A stretch of DNA of 64,000 bases from Cupriavidus sp. (GCA_031180665.1 JAPSLP010000001.1:295259-359258), one strand, 5' to 3'; numbered from the stretch's first letter, positions 29,742 to 39,055 are shown. Program-made: numbers and translations. Notes: generated by a model not told the origin, from the letters alone.

Positions 29742-30508
29742 CAAGTGACAGGCGGCAATGGTGTCCCTCTTTACCCGTCGTTAACTTGCACAAATTTGTT
29801 ACTACTGTTTGCGTAAATTTGTTCCGCGATTCAAGCAGTGCGTTGCCGCGGGCGACCACGGGCAAAGAGAGTAGCTGCGAGTTAGTCGATGCAGTGGCCG
29901 CCGCACGCAGCTTGTGGCCTGCAAGATATGAATCTTGGCCGCGGGATTATGCTCATCTGCCTTTTTCCTCCGGACAATATGGCCGGAAACAAGGCATCAA
30001 CGGCGTTTATCTTGCGTGCGGCGCTTCAATATTGAGCGGCTGCATCCCACGCGATCTTGCGCGGGTTCTCGACGGAGCGCACCAATGACACGACTGAAGG
30101 ACCCGGTACTACAGGCTCATGGCCGGCTGGACCGCTGGCGACAGTTCGATCGGGTATCCGCCGATCTGGTCCAGGCCGGTGTGCTGTGGCCCCTCAAGGG
30201 GCATCCCGACACCCTTTCCCGTACCAATGTCCGGTGGCGGTCAAGGATGAGATGGCGTCGCACGCGCCATTCATTGGGTAGGCGCAAAGCGGCATGAGCC
30301 TGCGCTATGGAAGAAAGGGAGGTGGCAACCGACGCGCTTTCTCCTGACCGCGTGCCGATTGAAGCCATGCACCGGTTGGCCTATGAAGGACTGGACCTTA
30401 CATATGTCACCTGCTTAGCTGACGTGCTCGCCGTATAGTGCCGCCTCGATCCGTGGCGGCGCCTTAGGAGACACAGTGGTTACCGTGCCCTTTCGCAGAA
30501 CATGTGGA

Positions 30509-33500
30509 CTAGAGGCGCAACGACTGCTTCGCAGCTTCGACATCGGCACGCTCGGCATCGCGCATCCATCCTTCGGAGACGCGCATCAGCATGGCCGAGG
30601 TACGGGGGAACTCGTGCGTGGCGGCGGCCCAATCGCGAGCCTGCTTTGCCAATTCGCGCTCTTGGTCCCCGCCCTCCCCAATGCCTTTGCTATAGACCCC
30701 CCTCATGTTGAAGCGCTCAACTGCCAGTCCATTCTCTAACTCGTCTGACGCGATGCACTCGATGGCATGCCGTACGGCCTCATGCGGCCATGCACCGTCG
30801 AGTTGACTTGCCGGTGCATGAGCCAGCAAGTGCCCAATCCTACTGTCCGTGACATCCACCCGGTCCATTTCCTTAGCCAAATCGCGCACTTCACCGCACC
30901 ATTGCAGAAGAATCTTTCCATCAACATCATTACCAACTTGCCCAGGTAGTAGCTGAAGGCTCCCAAGCAGGTCGTATGCCGCTACTGCCAGACGGCGTTC
31001 GTTTTCCGACACCTCTCTCCCTTCTGTGTTGGCCGCCTTAAAGACAGCACAAATTGCATCCATAAACCACCCCGCTCGCTCTACCATCAGTCGATGCAAT
31101 GTGAGAGGCTTTTTTCTTCGGCCGAAGATCGGGAGGTATGTAAACTCCCGCTTGGCAAGTTCTTCGGAAGCAACATCGTTTCTGGTCTCCAGTTCCTCGA
31201 ATACCTGTTCAAGATAGTACGCGGTCATGGTTCCTCCCCGACCTCCAGATGTGTTGATTTCTAGAATCGCAGAATCCAGAAGGTGCAAAAGCGTTTCCGA
31301 TTTGACCTCTTTCAGGCGACCGACGGCAGTTTCAATTGCCGCCATCGGGCGCCCACGCGACGCGTAGTTTTCGATGGCAAAGAAAAGTTCCTCGGTATTT
31401 CCCTTTATCGAGTATGAGTGCTTCTGTGCCCAGAACGCTTCGTTGACCTCTCGCCCAAACGAACTGACCACTTCCCAGGCCCGCATGTTCTCGTCCAGCG
31501 CAGTTAACAGGCGCGCCGTTCGGCTTGGTTCTACTTCAAATGCGGCAACGATATCTTGAACATCGATGGCGAAACTGTCGCCAAACCGCGTCAAGCCTTC
31601 GGCGATAATTGTCGCGCTCGCGACATCAAGTCCGTCCCCCGCTTCTACCGCCAGCCGTAAAAGCGTCGCCAGTTGTTCTCTTGGTAACCGCAGAGCCTGT
31701 GCTGCCACAGCTACACTGTGTGGCAGCTTTACGCGCTTTGCCAAATCAATTAGTCCCTGCGGACCGCTACTTGCGGCAATCGCTTGAATGGCCTCGCAGC
31801 GTGCTACTTCAACCGGCGCCATAGGGTCGCCTGATGTGGCACCTAAGCCCGGTACCGTCGGCAACCAGTCATCAAAGAGCCAGATATGCTGAAGCAACGG
31901 GTCATCCGGCTTGAATTTCTCAATAACAGCATCGACCCGGGTCAACGCATCAGGCCTCAGAGCCCAGTCTGTATCTGCAAAGGTTCGGTGCCGATTCGCT
32001 TCGCGCCGCAATGCGTCCCATATCGGAAATCGGATTCCGCTAGTAACTTCTGCAAGCACGGTATCCAGCGCACTGAGCATACTGTCCAAAGACTCTGCGG
32101 GAAATTCGCTCATTGCACCAATGAGCGTTGCCCATCGCTCCGGGTCCTGCCCAACGTGCTCCAGCGCGAGGCGAACGACTGCGGTCTGGCTCTCCCAAAC
32201 CACGCCATAAGTCAGCGCCTCCTCCTCGGCATCACCGAACTCGCGGAATTTCGGCGTAGCCGTTGGGCTCGATGTGTCATGCGAGCGAGGCAGCAGCTTC
32301 GTGAGCAACGGCCAAGCAATGGCAGGTACCGCCTTGACGATATGTGCAAGAACCGCCGTTCTCTGTTTCGCACGGGCGCTGGTATTGGGTGACCACGAAA
32401 GAAAGATGGCGCGCAAGCTGTTGATGGGGCGATTGGAGAGCGACCCTCCCGGATCGACCGCTGCCAGACGCGCGAGACACATGGCAGAACGAAGCAGAAG
32501 CTTCCGGTCCCAGGCAAGCGTCTCCAGTGCCCACAGCAGCCCGACGTGGTAGGTCTGGGGAGTGAGAAAGCCCCTATGTTCGTCGAAGATCGGTTTGATT
32601 GCCGCAGGGTCGCCCTCAAGCAGGCGCTCGAGGGCCTCAAGAAAAGGGATGGGAGCGGCCTCCGCGAGCAGGGCGAGGTTATCTTGCAGACTCGCAAGTA
32701 ACCTATAGTCATTTGACAGACCCGGCAGGCCTCGGACGATACCGTTCACGAATTCTTGAGGTGTCGAGCCCTGCACGGTGAAATCAGCCTGCTTGTGCAA
32801 CACTGCCATATGCAAGAGCATGGTCATCATCCCTTCACGAAGCCAGCTGCTATGGGTATCCTGCCTCTCCGACCTCGGCCTGAACAGATCATCCTCTTTC
32901 GGCGCCGGCGGAATGTAGGAGAAAACCTTTGTTGCCGCGGCAGAGAACTGACGCAGGTGCTCTGGCCCGATGAGATGACCGAGGTGGACAAACGCGTCCA
33001 CAGATGAACGCATGGTCCACACGTCACCCACGTGGTCCACTGGCGGATCTTTCAACTTCGCGAGCTGCCGTAGTGGAGCCTCGACCATCTCATATTCGGC
33101 ACACCTAGCAAGCGTGCAGAGTATCGCCCGGTCCGAGTCGCTGGAGGTTGCCCAGGCGCCCGCGAACAATGCGGGCAACAGTGGCTCCGCACGGTCCATC
33201 CATTCCGGCCTTTCAGCGGTACCGCTTGGCCTCTGGCGTGCCAGCACGGCCAGACTCCGCCCGCAGTGCCGCGCAATTTCGTATCCCTGCTCCTCAGTGA
33301 ATCCCATGGCAACGAACGCCTTGCCGAGAGCTGAGCTGTGCGGTCGGTTGAGCAGGACATGAGTCGACCGCCTTTCGTCCGCGCCTGCACTGACGATGGT
33401 GGGACCGTATTGGGAAAGCAGCCCCGCGAAGCCCCGTGCCTGTCCTCGGGGCAGGAAGATAAGTCCTTTCTTGCCGACAAGTGCTCGCGCGGCTTCCTCG

Positions 33501-34264
33501 GTATCCACGATTAAGGTACGCGCTTCGAGAAAAAAGCGTACGGACGGTTCAGCCCGACGAATCGCTGCGACGGCGAAAGCCAGAACTTCGTCCGGAGAAT
33601 CGGCCGCGTAAGCAAGGCTAGCAGTAGCTTCATTGAGTCCGCGCAAAAGCTCTTCGCCTTGCGGCTCCCGACCGGCAAGCAGAACTTCCTCAACAAGAGC
33701 CGGGGAAAATCTGTTTGAGAACTCTTCCCAGAACTCATCAATGCTCCGCGCCCCTACTGAAGGCATCAGCCTCAGCTCGTATCTCGCCCAGCGGGCGGCA
33801 ACTGCTGGGCATGCGCTCAACCATTCTTCCAGCATCGCACCATCGATGTACCTGACATCCTTCCACTCTCCTTGCTCGCGCTTCGCCCGCACCCAATCTG
33901 GCAACTTCACCGTGGGGTTATCCCAAGTCCTTGGAGAAACGAAAACAAATGTCGTTTCTTTCCGCGCAGCCTCGTCAACCTGCTTTGTTCGCTTCTCGTA
34001 GTCACTGGTAGCCTTTCCGGCTGCGCCCTCAGTAACGCCGAACTCCCAGATTGACCTCCCATCCGGCACGTATGGAGGCATCCCAGCCGCTTCCAGCACG
34101 CCGTCGAAGCCCCGAACCTGCCCCTTGTCACCGCTTGGGAAGCGGATGTCGGTGATGTTCGCCGCGGTTGCTCGCACTAAGTCGGCGACCAGCGCCGGGA
34201 AACTGGTTCTAGCTTGAAGTGTATCTGCCCACTGTTGGAGGTTTGTCGCTGTGACCCAACGCAT
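30509..34264 (-). CDS. Uncharacterised 1251-aa protein: REase/Mrr-like N-terminus, degenerate STAND-like region, long helical C-terminus (candidate defence protein)
   Basis: Long clean ORF in lower-GC DNA with AAGGGG RBS. GFDG...SIWEFG...KATSDYEKR...FVFVSPR...VRYIDGAMLEEWL; no intact Walker A. Confidence 0.8.
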   Translation of the reverse strand: MRWVTATNLQQWADTLQARTSFPALVADLVRATAANITDIRFPSGDKGQVRGFDGVLEAAGMPPYVPDGRSIWEFGVTEGAAGKATSDYEKRTKQVDEAARKETTFVFVSPRTWDNPTVKLPDWVRAKREQGEWKDVRYIDGAMLEEWLSACPAVAARWARYELRLMPSVGARSIDEFWEEFSNRFSPALVEEVLLAGREPQGEELLRGLNEATASLAYAADSPDEVLAFAVAAIRRAEPSVRFFLEARTLIVDTEEAARALVGKKGLIFLPRGQARGFAGLLSQYGPTIVSAGADERRSTHVLLNRPHSSALGKAFVAMGFTEEQGYEIARHCGRSLAVLARQRPSGTAERPEWMDRAEPLLPALFAGAWATSSDSDRAILCTLARCAEYEMVEAPLRQLAKLKDPPVDHVGDVWTMRSSVDAFVHLGHLIGPEHLRQFSAAATKVFSYIPPAPKEDDLFRPRSERQDTHSSWLREGMMTMLLHMAVLHKQADFTVQGSTPQEFVNGIVRGLPGLSNDYRLLASLQDNLALLAEAAPIPFLEALERLLEGDPAAIKPIFDEHRGFLTPQTYHVGLLWALETLAWDRKLLLRSAMCLARLAAVDPGGSLSNRPINSLRAIFLSWSPNTSARAKQRTAVLAHIVKAVPAIAWPLLTKLLPRSHDTSSPTATPKFREFGDAEEEALTYGVVWESQTAVVRLALEHVGQDPERWATLIGAMSEFPAESLDSMLSALDTVLAEVTSGIRFPIWDALRREANRHRTFADTDWALRPDALTRVDAVIEKFKPDDPLLQHIWLFDDWLPTVPGLGATSGDPMAPVEVARCEAIQAIAASSGPQGLIDLAKRVKLPHSVAVAAQALRLPREQLATLLRLAVEAGDGLDVASATIIAEGLTRFGDSFAIDVQDIVAAFEVEPSRTARLLTALDENMRAWEVVSSFGREVNEAFWAQKHSYSIKGNTEELFFAIENYASRGRPMAAIETAVGRLKEVKSETLLHLLDSAILEINTSGGRGGTMTAYYLEQVFEELETRNDVASEELAKREFTYLPIFGRRKKPLTLHRLMVERAGWFMDAICAVFKAANTEGREVSENERRLAVAAYDLLGSLQLLPGQVGNDVDGKILLQWCGEVRDLAKEMDRVDVTDSRIGHLLAHAPASQLDGAWPHEAVRHAIECIASDELENGLAVERFNMRGVYSKGIGEGGDQERELAKQARDWAAATHEFPRTSAMLMRVSEGWMRDAERADVEAAKQSLRL

Positions 34265-34437
34265 CTAACGTCCCCTTATTGTTAAAAACGCAAACTTGCA
34301 AGCCCGAGGGTCCCGCCGATTACCTGTGCGGTTCCGCGGACTGCAAGAAACCCCTTGATACCGTTAGCTTCGCCAGATGCATTTGGGGCTCCCCGTTGCT
34401 CGCGGTTCTTGCCGACCTTCTTGTGTCAGTCGACATG

Positions 34438-36684
34438 TTACAGGGCCGGATTTGCTTCCTCGACCGCCTTTTGCACATCTGATATCGCCGACGTGAGAAG
34501 TGACTTGACCTCTTCCATAAATTCGAGCGCAGAAGCATCACCACGCGCATCGGGTACCGGAATCCATCGCTCGTAAATCCCCTCCACTCGCATTTTGCGG
34601 TCAAATGTGCTTCCCGTCCCTCGCAACGCATACGCACCAAGCCAAATTGGCTGCGGCAGTTCACGCAGACGCCGGTGGCTCAGCTTGGGCAATTGTTGTG
34701 CGACCGCCGCCTTGACTCGGTCAATGGTTTCACGTTTTTGCTCGGGCGTCGGATTGCCCGACCAGGCAATGGGACTCTCGAGAAATCTGGATAGGGACGA
34801 CGAAAGCGCAGCAATAAGATTAGAAGTTGGCTGAAGCACAAAGCCATCGTCCCAGCCTTCCGCGTAGCGTCGCGTCAGTGCCTTCACAGTCTGCCAAGGA
34901 CGCGGTTTGAAATGCGGATGCGGCGACAAGCCAAGTAGACCCTGCCATTGTTGGCGAAAATCACGTGCGGCCTCTTGGATTGCAAGAACGAGGTTGTCCA
35001 TGCTGTACTGCGGGAATGCGACTGGCTCAAACACCGGCGGTTGTGCGGCCACCAGCATTGCGAGCAACCTATTCAGTTCAGGCTTTGCCGGCTTCGGGTC
35101 GAGCTCATGAATTTTGCCGACGTAAAACGTGTTGCGCTCGAGGTGTTCCAACAGATAGCGCGCGGCGTCCCCGGAGACATTCTTGGCCAACTGATTCTCG
35201 GCAATATTGCGCAGGCCGCCGAAGACATGGTCTAGCTTCGCCTGCCCCCTGAGGTTATCGCCCCGGACCGTGTCCATATGTGTGAAGACTACGGCAAGCT
35301 TACGCGTGTAGCCCGAGTTCACGACGCTTTCGAGAGCCTTGCCTGCGGCGAAGCTGGTCATTCCGTTCTTCGCGCTATCAACCAGCAGTACAACGTCCGC
35401 GTCGTGGAGTAGCGACAAGACTCCCTCCGGTAGGTCGGCCGTCGCGTTTGCCTTGTGCCCCAAGCCTTCTGTGTCGACCAAAACAAGCCGGGGCTTATCT
35501 TCCGCCCATATTGGCCGAAAGGGGCCTGCTACCCTCAGACCCGTCACCAGCGGAGTGAGCAGTTTGCCAAATGCCTGATAAGCATTGCCCGAGAATAGGC
35601 GGACCAACCGCAGAAACGCCTCCCGCCCGTCCGCACCTGACTTGAGATGCCATGCGGTCGGCCAGCCCGTGGTGGTCTTTTCAAAGCGACCGACAGAAAC
35701 GCCTTCGAATTTGGTCTTGACCTCATCCAGCACGTCCGAGACCAATTCAAGATAGGCATCTGAACTGACGGCCTGCTCCTCGATCAGGTCGAGTGCCACG
35801 CCACGGTCCTCGGCATTCATGTCAGCAATCACGCCGTGGGCAGCCTCAACTTCCGCCTTGGCGGAAATGGCAAGCGACTGAATGCGCGTTAGAAAGCCCT
35901 CAAGCGTCTGCTGCAACGTAGCATGTTCGTCCGGAAGCAACGTGGGGGCGTCGTCCGAGTCGGTCGCCGCTTCTTCGTCGACATCCTCATAAGGGTCAAT
36001 GTCGCCATCATCGTCGAGGTCTCCTAGCAGATACTTGAGCCGGAAGCGCATATCGCTCTTTTCCAGGAACGCTCGCGCAACCTGCCGTGTATCGCCTTGC
36101 ACGGCCTCAACAATGGCAGCGGAAATCGACTCCTCTATCTCGAAGCGAGCTTCATGTTCCGACATGAACGTGACAACGGCTTCATACTCGCCGTCGCGCA
36201 GCACCAATTCGGAGGGAAACGTAGTAGTGCGATTAACCGAGGTCGACGGAAACCGCTCGGTCTTCGGATTCGTACCCATCAGCTGTCGCACAAGGGTGGT
36301 CTTTCCTGCCCCCGGCGCGCCCATCAGCACGACACGCGCATATCCTTCGGCACTCGTTGGCAATGGCAATAGCTTGTCGCAGAGCTGCCGCGCCGTTGTC
36401 ACGCGAGGCTCAATCTCGCTATAGAAGATGTCGACAACGCGGGGGTCAAAGCGCCGGGCGGCTTCGCCGCGGGCACCCAGCGACCACAACGCCTCGTCCC
36501 TCAGTAGTTCGTTGAGTTCGCTGACGAGTCGTTGTGCGAGCGCCTCATCTTCGGTTCCAAGCCCCTTGCGAGTTTTCTTGCCTGGCCGGTTGCTCGTGTC
36601 GCTTTTGAGCGGATGCCGGAATTCCACCAACCAGCCCTTTCGTCCTGGATTGCGCTTTGCGGCTGCCGTGTAGGGACCCGCCAT
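34438..36684 (-). CDS. Dynamin-like GTPase with N-terminal integrase-arm-like DNA-binding domain (candidate defence protein)
   Basis: G1 GAPGAGKTT, G2 STSVNRTTT, G3 DTEG, G4 THMD; N-terminal GWLVEFRHP...GKKTRKGLGTEDEALA; GGAG RBS before ATG 36684. Confidence 0.8.
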   Translation of the reverse strand: MAGPYTAAAKRNPGRKGWLVEFRHPLKSDTSNRPGKKTRKGLGTEDEALAQRLVSELNELLRDEALWSLGARGEAARRFDPRVVDIFYSEIEPRVTTARQLCDKLLPLPTSAEGYARVVLMGAPGAGKTTLVRQLMGTNPKTERFPSTSVNRTTTFPSELVLRDGEYEAVVTFMSEHEARFEIEESISAAIVEAVQGDTRQVARAFLEKSDMRFRLKYLLGDLDDDGDIDPYEDVDEEAATDSDDAPTLLPDEHATLQQTLEGFLTRIQSLAISAKAEVEAAHGVIADMNAEDRGVALDLIEEQAVSSDAYLELVSDVLDEVKTKFEGVSVGRFEKTTTGWPTAWHLKSGADGREAFLRLVRLFSGNAYQAFGKLLTPLVTGLRVAGPFRPIWAEDKPRLVLVDTEGLGHKANATADLPEGVLSLLHDADVVLLVDSAKNGMTSFAAGKALESVVNSGYTRKLAVVFTHMDTVRGDNLRGQAKLDHVFGGLRNIAENQLAKNVSGDAARYLLEHLERNTFYVGKIHELDPKPAKPELNRLLAMLVAAQPPVFEPVAFPQYSMDNLVLAIQEAARDFRQQWQGLLGLSPHPHFKPRPWQTVKALTRRYAEGWDDGFVLQPTSNLIAALSSSLSRFLESPIAWSGNPTPEQKRETIDRVKAAVAQQLPKLSHRRLRELPQPIWLGAYALRGTGSTFDRKMRVEGIYERWIPVPDARGDASALEFMEEVKSLLTSAISDVQKAVEEANPAL

Positions 36685-36694
36685 GTTATTCTCC

Positions 36695-36789
36695 AATGTT
36701 CCAGAATGTTCCACAAACTCTGCTTGAGCCTAATAATAACGCGGCCAGCCGAAATGTCAACGAATTTGCGGAACATCATGGAACATCAT
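36695..36789 (-). promoter_or_regulatory. Sigma70-type promoter of the GTPase gene flanked by inverted tandem GGAACAT repeats
   Basis: -35 TTGACA (36760-36755), 16-bp spacer, -10 TATTAT (36738-36733); AATGTTCCA twice at 36695 and 36705; GGAACATCAT twice at 36770 and 36780. Confidence 0.65.
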
Positions 36790-36856
36790 TCAGGTCGTCG
36801 GTGTCAGAAACCAGAGGACCTTTGGAGAGAAGCTTGACTGCGACAGACTCGGGGAA

Positions 36857-38622
36857 TCACGGTACGAGGGGCATGCGGCTTGACGACCCGATTCCATCGG
36901 AGAATGCCTCCCCGATTTGCCGTGCCCGCTTCACTTCATCGCTGTGCAAATATACGGAAGTTGTGGACACCGACGCATGTCGCAGATTGTCCCGAACACT
37001 GGTCAATTCCACGCCTCGGCCTAGAGCATGCGTGGCATGCGTATGCCGCATCCAGTGCGGACTGGCCCGGCGCAGCTTATCCGCCGCCGCGGGATGGTCC
37101 GCACCAATGACCTCCGCGGCCAGCTTGAAGAACCGCTTCACCACATGCCATAGCCGCGTACTGGTGATGCCGATATCCGGCTCGCCGGTCAGGTCACCGA
37201 CCAGGGCAATCTCCGGGCGCCACAGCCTCCGGCTGATCGGCAGCCCGCGTTCCGTCAGATGGCACTCCAACGCCCGCCGCGCCAACGGCGGCAATGCCAC
37301 CTTGCCGCTGCGCCCGCCCTTCCCTGTCAACTTGAGCCATTCGTCCCCCTGTCCGTCGGTCTCGATATCGCCGAGCCTTGCCGCGATCAATTCGCTAGCC
37401 CGCAGTCCGGTGGCATAGCCGAAATCCAGCACAAAGCGCAGGCGCTGCGCGGCGGCCTCCTCCCAACCGTAGGACCACTCCAGCCCGTCGGCGATGGTCC
37501 GCACCAGCTTCCATTCGCCTTCGGTGAAGGCGCGTGAATTGTCCAGCGCCGCCGTGCGGCCACCGCCGCGGACCTTGATGCCCGCGAACGGATTGGCGAG
37601 GACGTACCGCTGCTGCACCAGCCAGCGGAACATCGCACCAAGAATCGAGAGCGCATGGGCGACCGAGCGTGCCGATAGTGCGCCGCTGAATGGCCGCCAG
37701 TCCGGCGACGAACGCGGGCGTGGCGGACCGACCCACCGCTCGCGCGGCGTGGGCCGACGCAGGAAGGCGCGATAGGCGACGGCGTCCTCGGTGGTCAGCG
37801 ACGACAACGGCCGTTGCCGCTCGACGATCGCCCACAGGATCAGCCGTTCCGCTTCCTTGCGGTAGGTGCGATGGGTGGCGGGCGATTCGTGCAGCGCCAG
37901 CCAGCCCTGCACCGCCTCGTAGTCGTTGTCCGCGGTCAACGTGCAACTCTCACGCGGCGCGCGAAACCGCCCTCGCGAGCCGTCCACTTGATAAGGCAGG
38001 CGCAACTGCTCCCATGGCACGACGACACTGCGCCGCTCCTGCACGATCAGCGCGCGTGCGCGCTCGGTCAATTCGGGATGCGCGGCGAAGAACGCCTCGA
38101 TCTGCCTGGCGCTCGTGGCGCCCAGCCTCGGGATGGCCGTCCACCAGCGGCGGCGCCTGGGCACGCGCACGGTCAGCGCCGCGAGCGTATCGATACCGTG
38201 GGCGCGCAAGGCGGCGACGGCGCGCGCCGGTAGCCAGCGACCGATGTCGTCGGTGATCGCGGGCCGCGGCGGCGGGAGCGTGCGCAAGACCTCAATGGCA
38301 CGGCCGGCAGCCCTGCCCTGCTCCACCCGCTCGGACGCCGGCATCTCGAACAATGCGGCCAGATCTTCGCGGCCGCGCTCGCGTGCGAGCGAAGCAAGCC
38401 GGCGGCGAATGCGGCCAAGCACGGCGCGCGAGATTGGCCGCGCGCCCTCTCCTCACCCAGGTATTGCGCCACGGCTTGCCGGGAGCTAAGGCCGGCATGC
38501 CAGGCGCGCAGCGCGGCCAGGGAGGCGGCATCGGGGAATGCCGTGGAAGCATCGGCGGAGGACGTATCCATACCCGTGCTGGAGGCGGAGGCGGAGTCCG
38601 GTAGGGTCAGTCGCGCTTTCAT
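36857..38622 (-). pseudogene. Tyrosine recombinase (DUF3701-type phage integrase family) with a 1-bp deletion near 38432
   Basis: N-part FPDAASLAALRAWHAGL...GQS joins RAVLGRIRRRL in another frame. Catalytic GLRASEL, GKGG, HWMRHT, LRHASV, TTSVY are intact. Confidence 0.85.
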
Positions 38623-38649
38623 GGGCGCCAGTTTAGCGCATCGAAATGG

Positions 38650-38679
38650 CTATTACGATAAGGATACTTATCGTAATAG
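38650..38679. other. Perfect palindromic recombinase core site (11-bp arms, 6-bp spacer)
   Basis: CTATTACGATAA-GGATAC-TTATCGTAATAG, 28 bp upstream of the recombinase start. Confidence 0.7.
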
Positions 38680-38700
38680 AAGTGCCAAATTGATAAGTAG

Positions 38701-38961
38701 CTACGGCTCGGCGTACCAACTCTGTGGCCATCCCGGAATGAGAAGGATCGGATCGCCCTTTGCATCCGTTCCGCCTTCCACGAAATGCAGCCTGACGCCG
38801 TTCACGAGCGCAACGCCGTGATCAAGCGTTGCATGGACAGCGGCTGCGTCCGCTCCGGAAGGAAAACGGCCGGCTGCGGCCGAAGCTGAAGCTGTAGCGA
38901 TGCCGGCGGCCGCGCAGGCCGCGAGCAAGGAACGGAACAATCCGGACTTGGGGTACGACAT
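38701..38961 (-). pseudogene. Truncated alpha/beta hydrolase (N-terminal fragment only)
   Basis: Signal-like start, VNGVRLHFVEGG...PILLIPGWPQSWYA, then an abrupt stop at the recombinase-site region. Confidence 0.75.
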
Positions 38962-39055
38962 GATGATCCTTTGTTGTTTGAAGAGAAGCGCTGTACCAAT
39001 CGGGCCGCTAACAGCAATATTTAGGACCGAATCGGTTCCCAAATAGGGAAAAAAA

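Noticed and set aside
29742-30508. Short ORFs between dif and the 1251-aa gene (e.g. 29935-30297) and an AAATTTGTT direct repeat near 29782/29815
   Set aside because: No recognisable motifs or convincing RBS; cannot support a third gene or a defined site.
34279-34482. Small ORFs in the gap between the two island genes
   Set aside because: Under 70 aa, overlapping the GTPase stop, with no features; may be chance.
29742-38710. Island as a classical IMEX flanked by two dif-like sites
   Set aside because: I found only one site with a XerD arm. The 38650 site is symmetric and fits the island's own recombinase, so Xer-mediated integration is unsupported.
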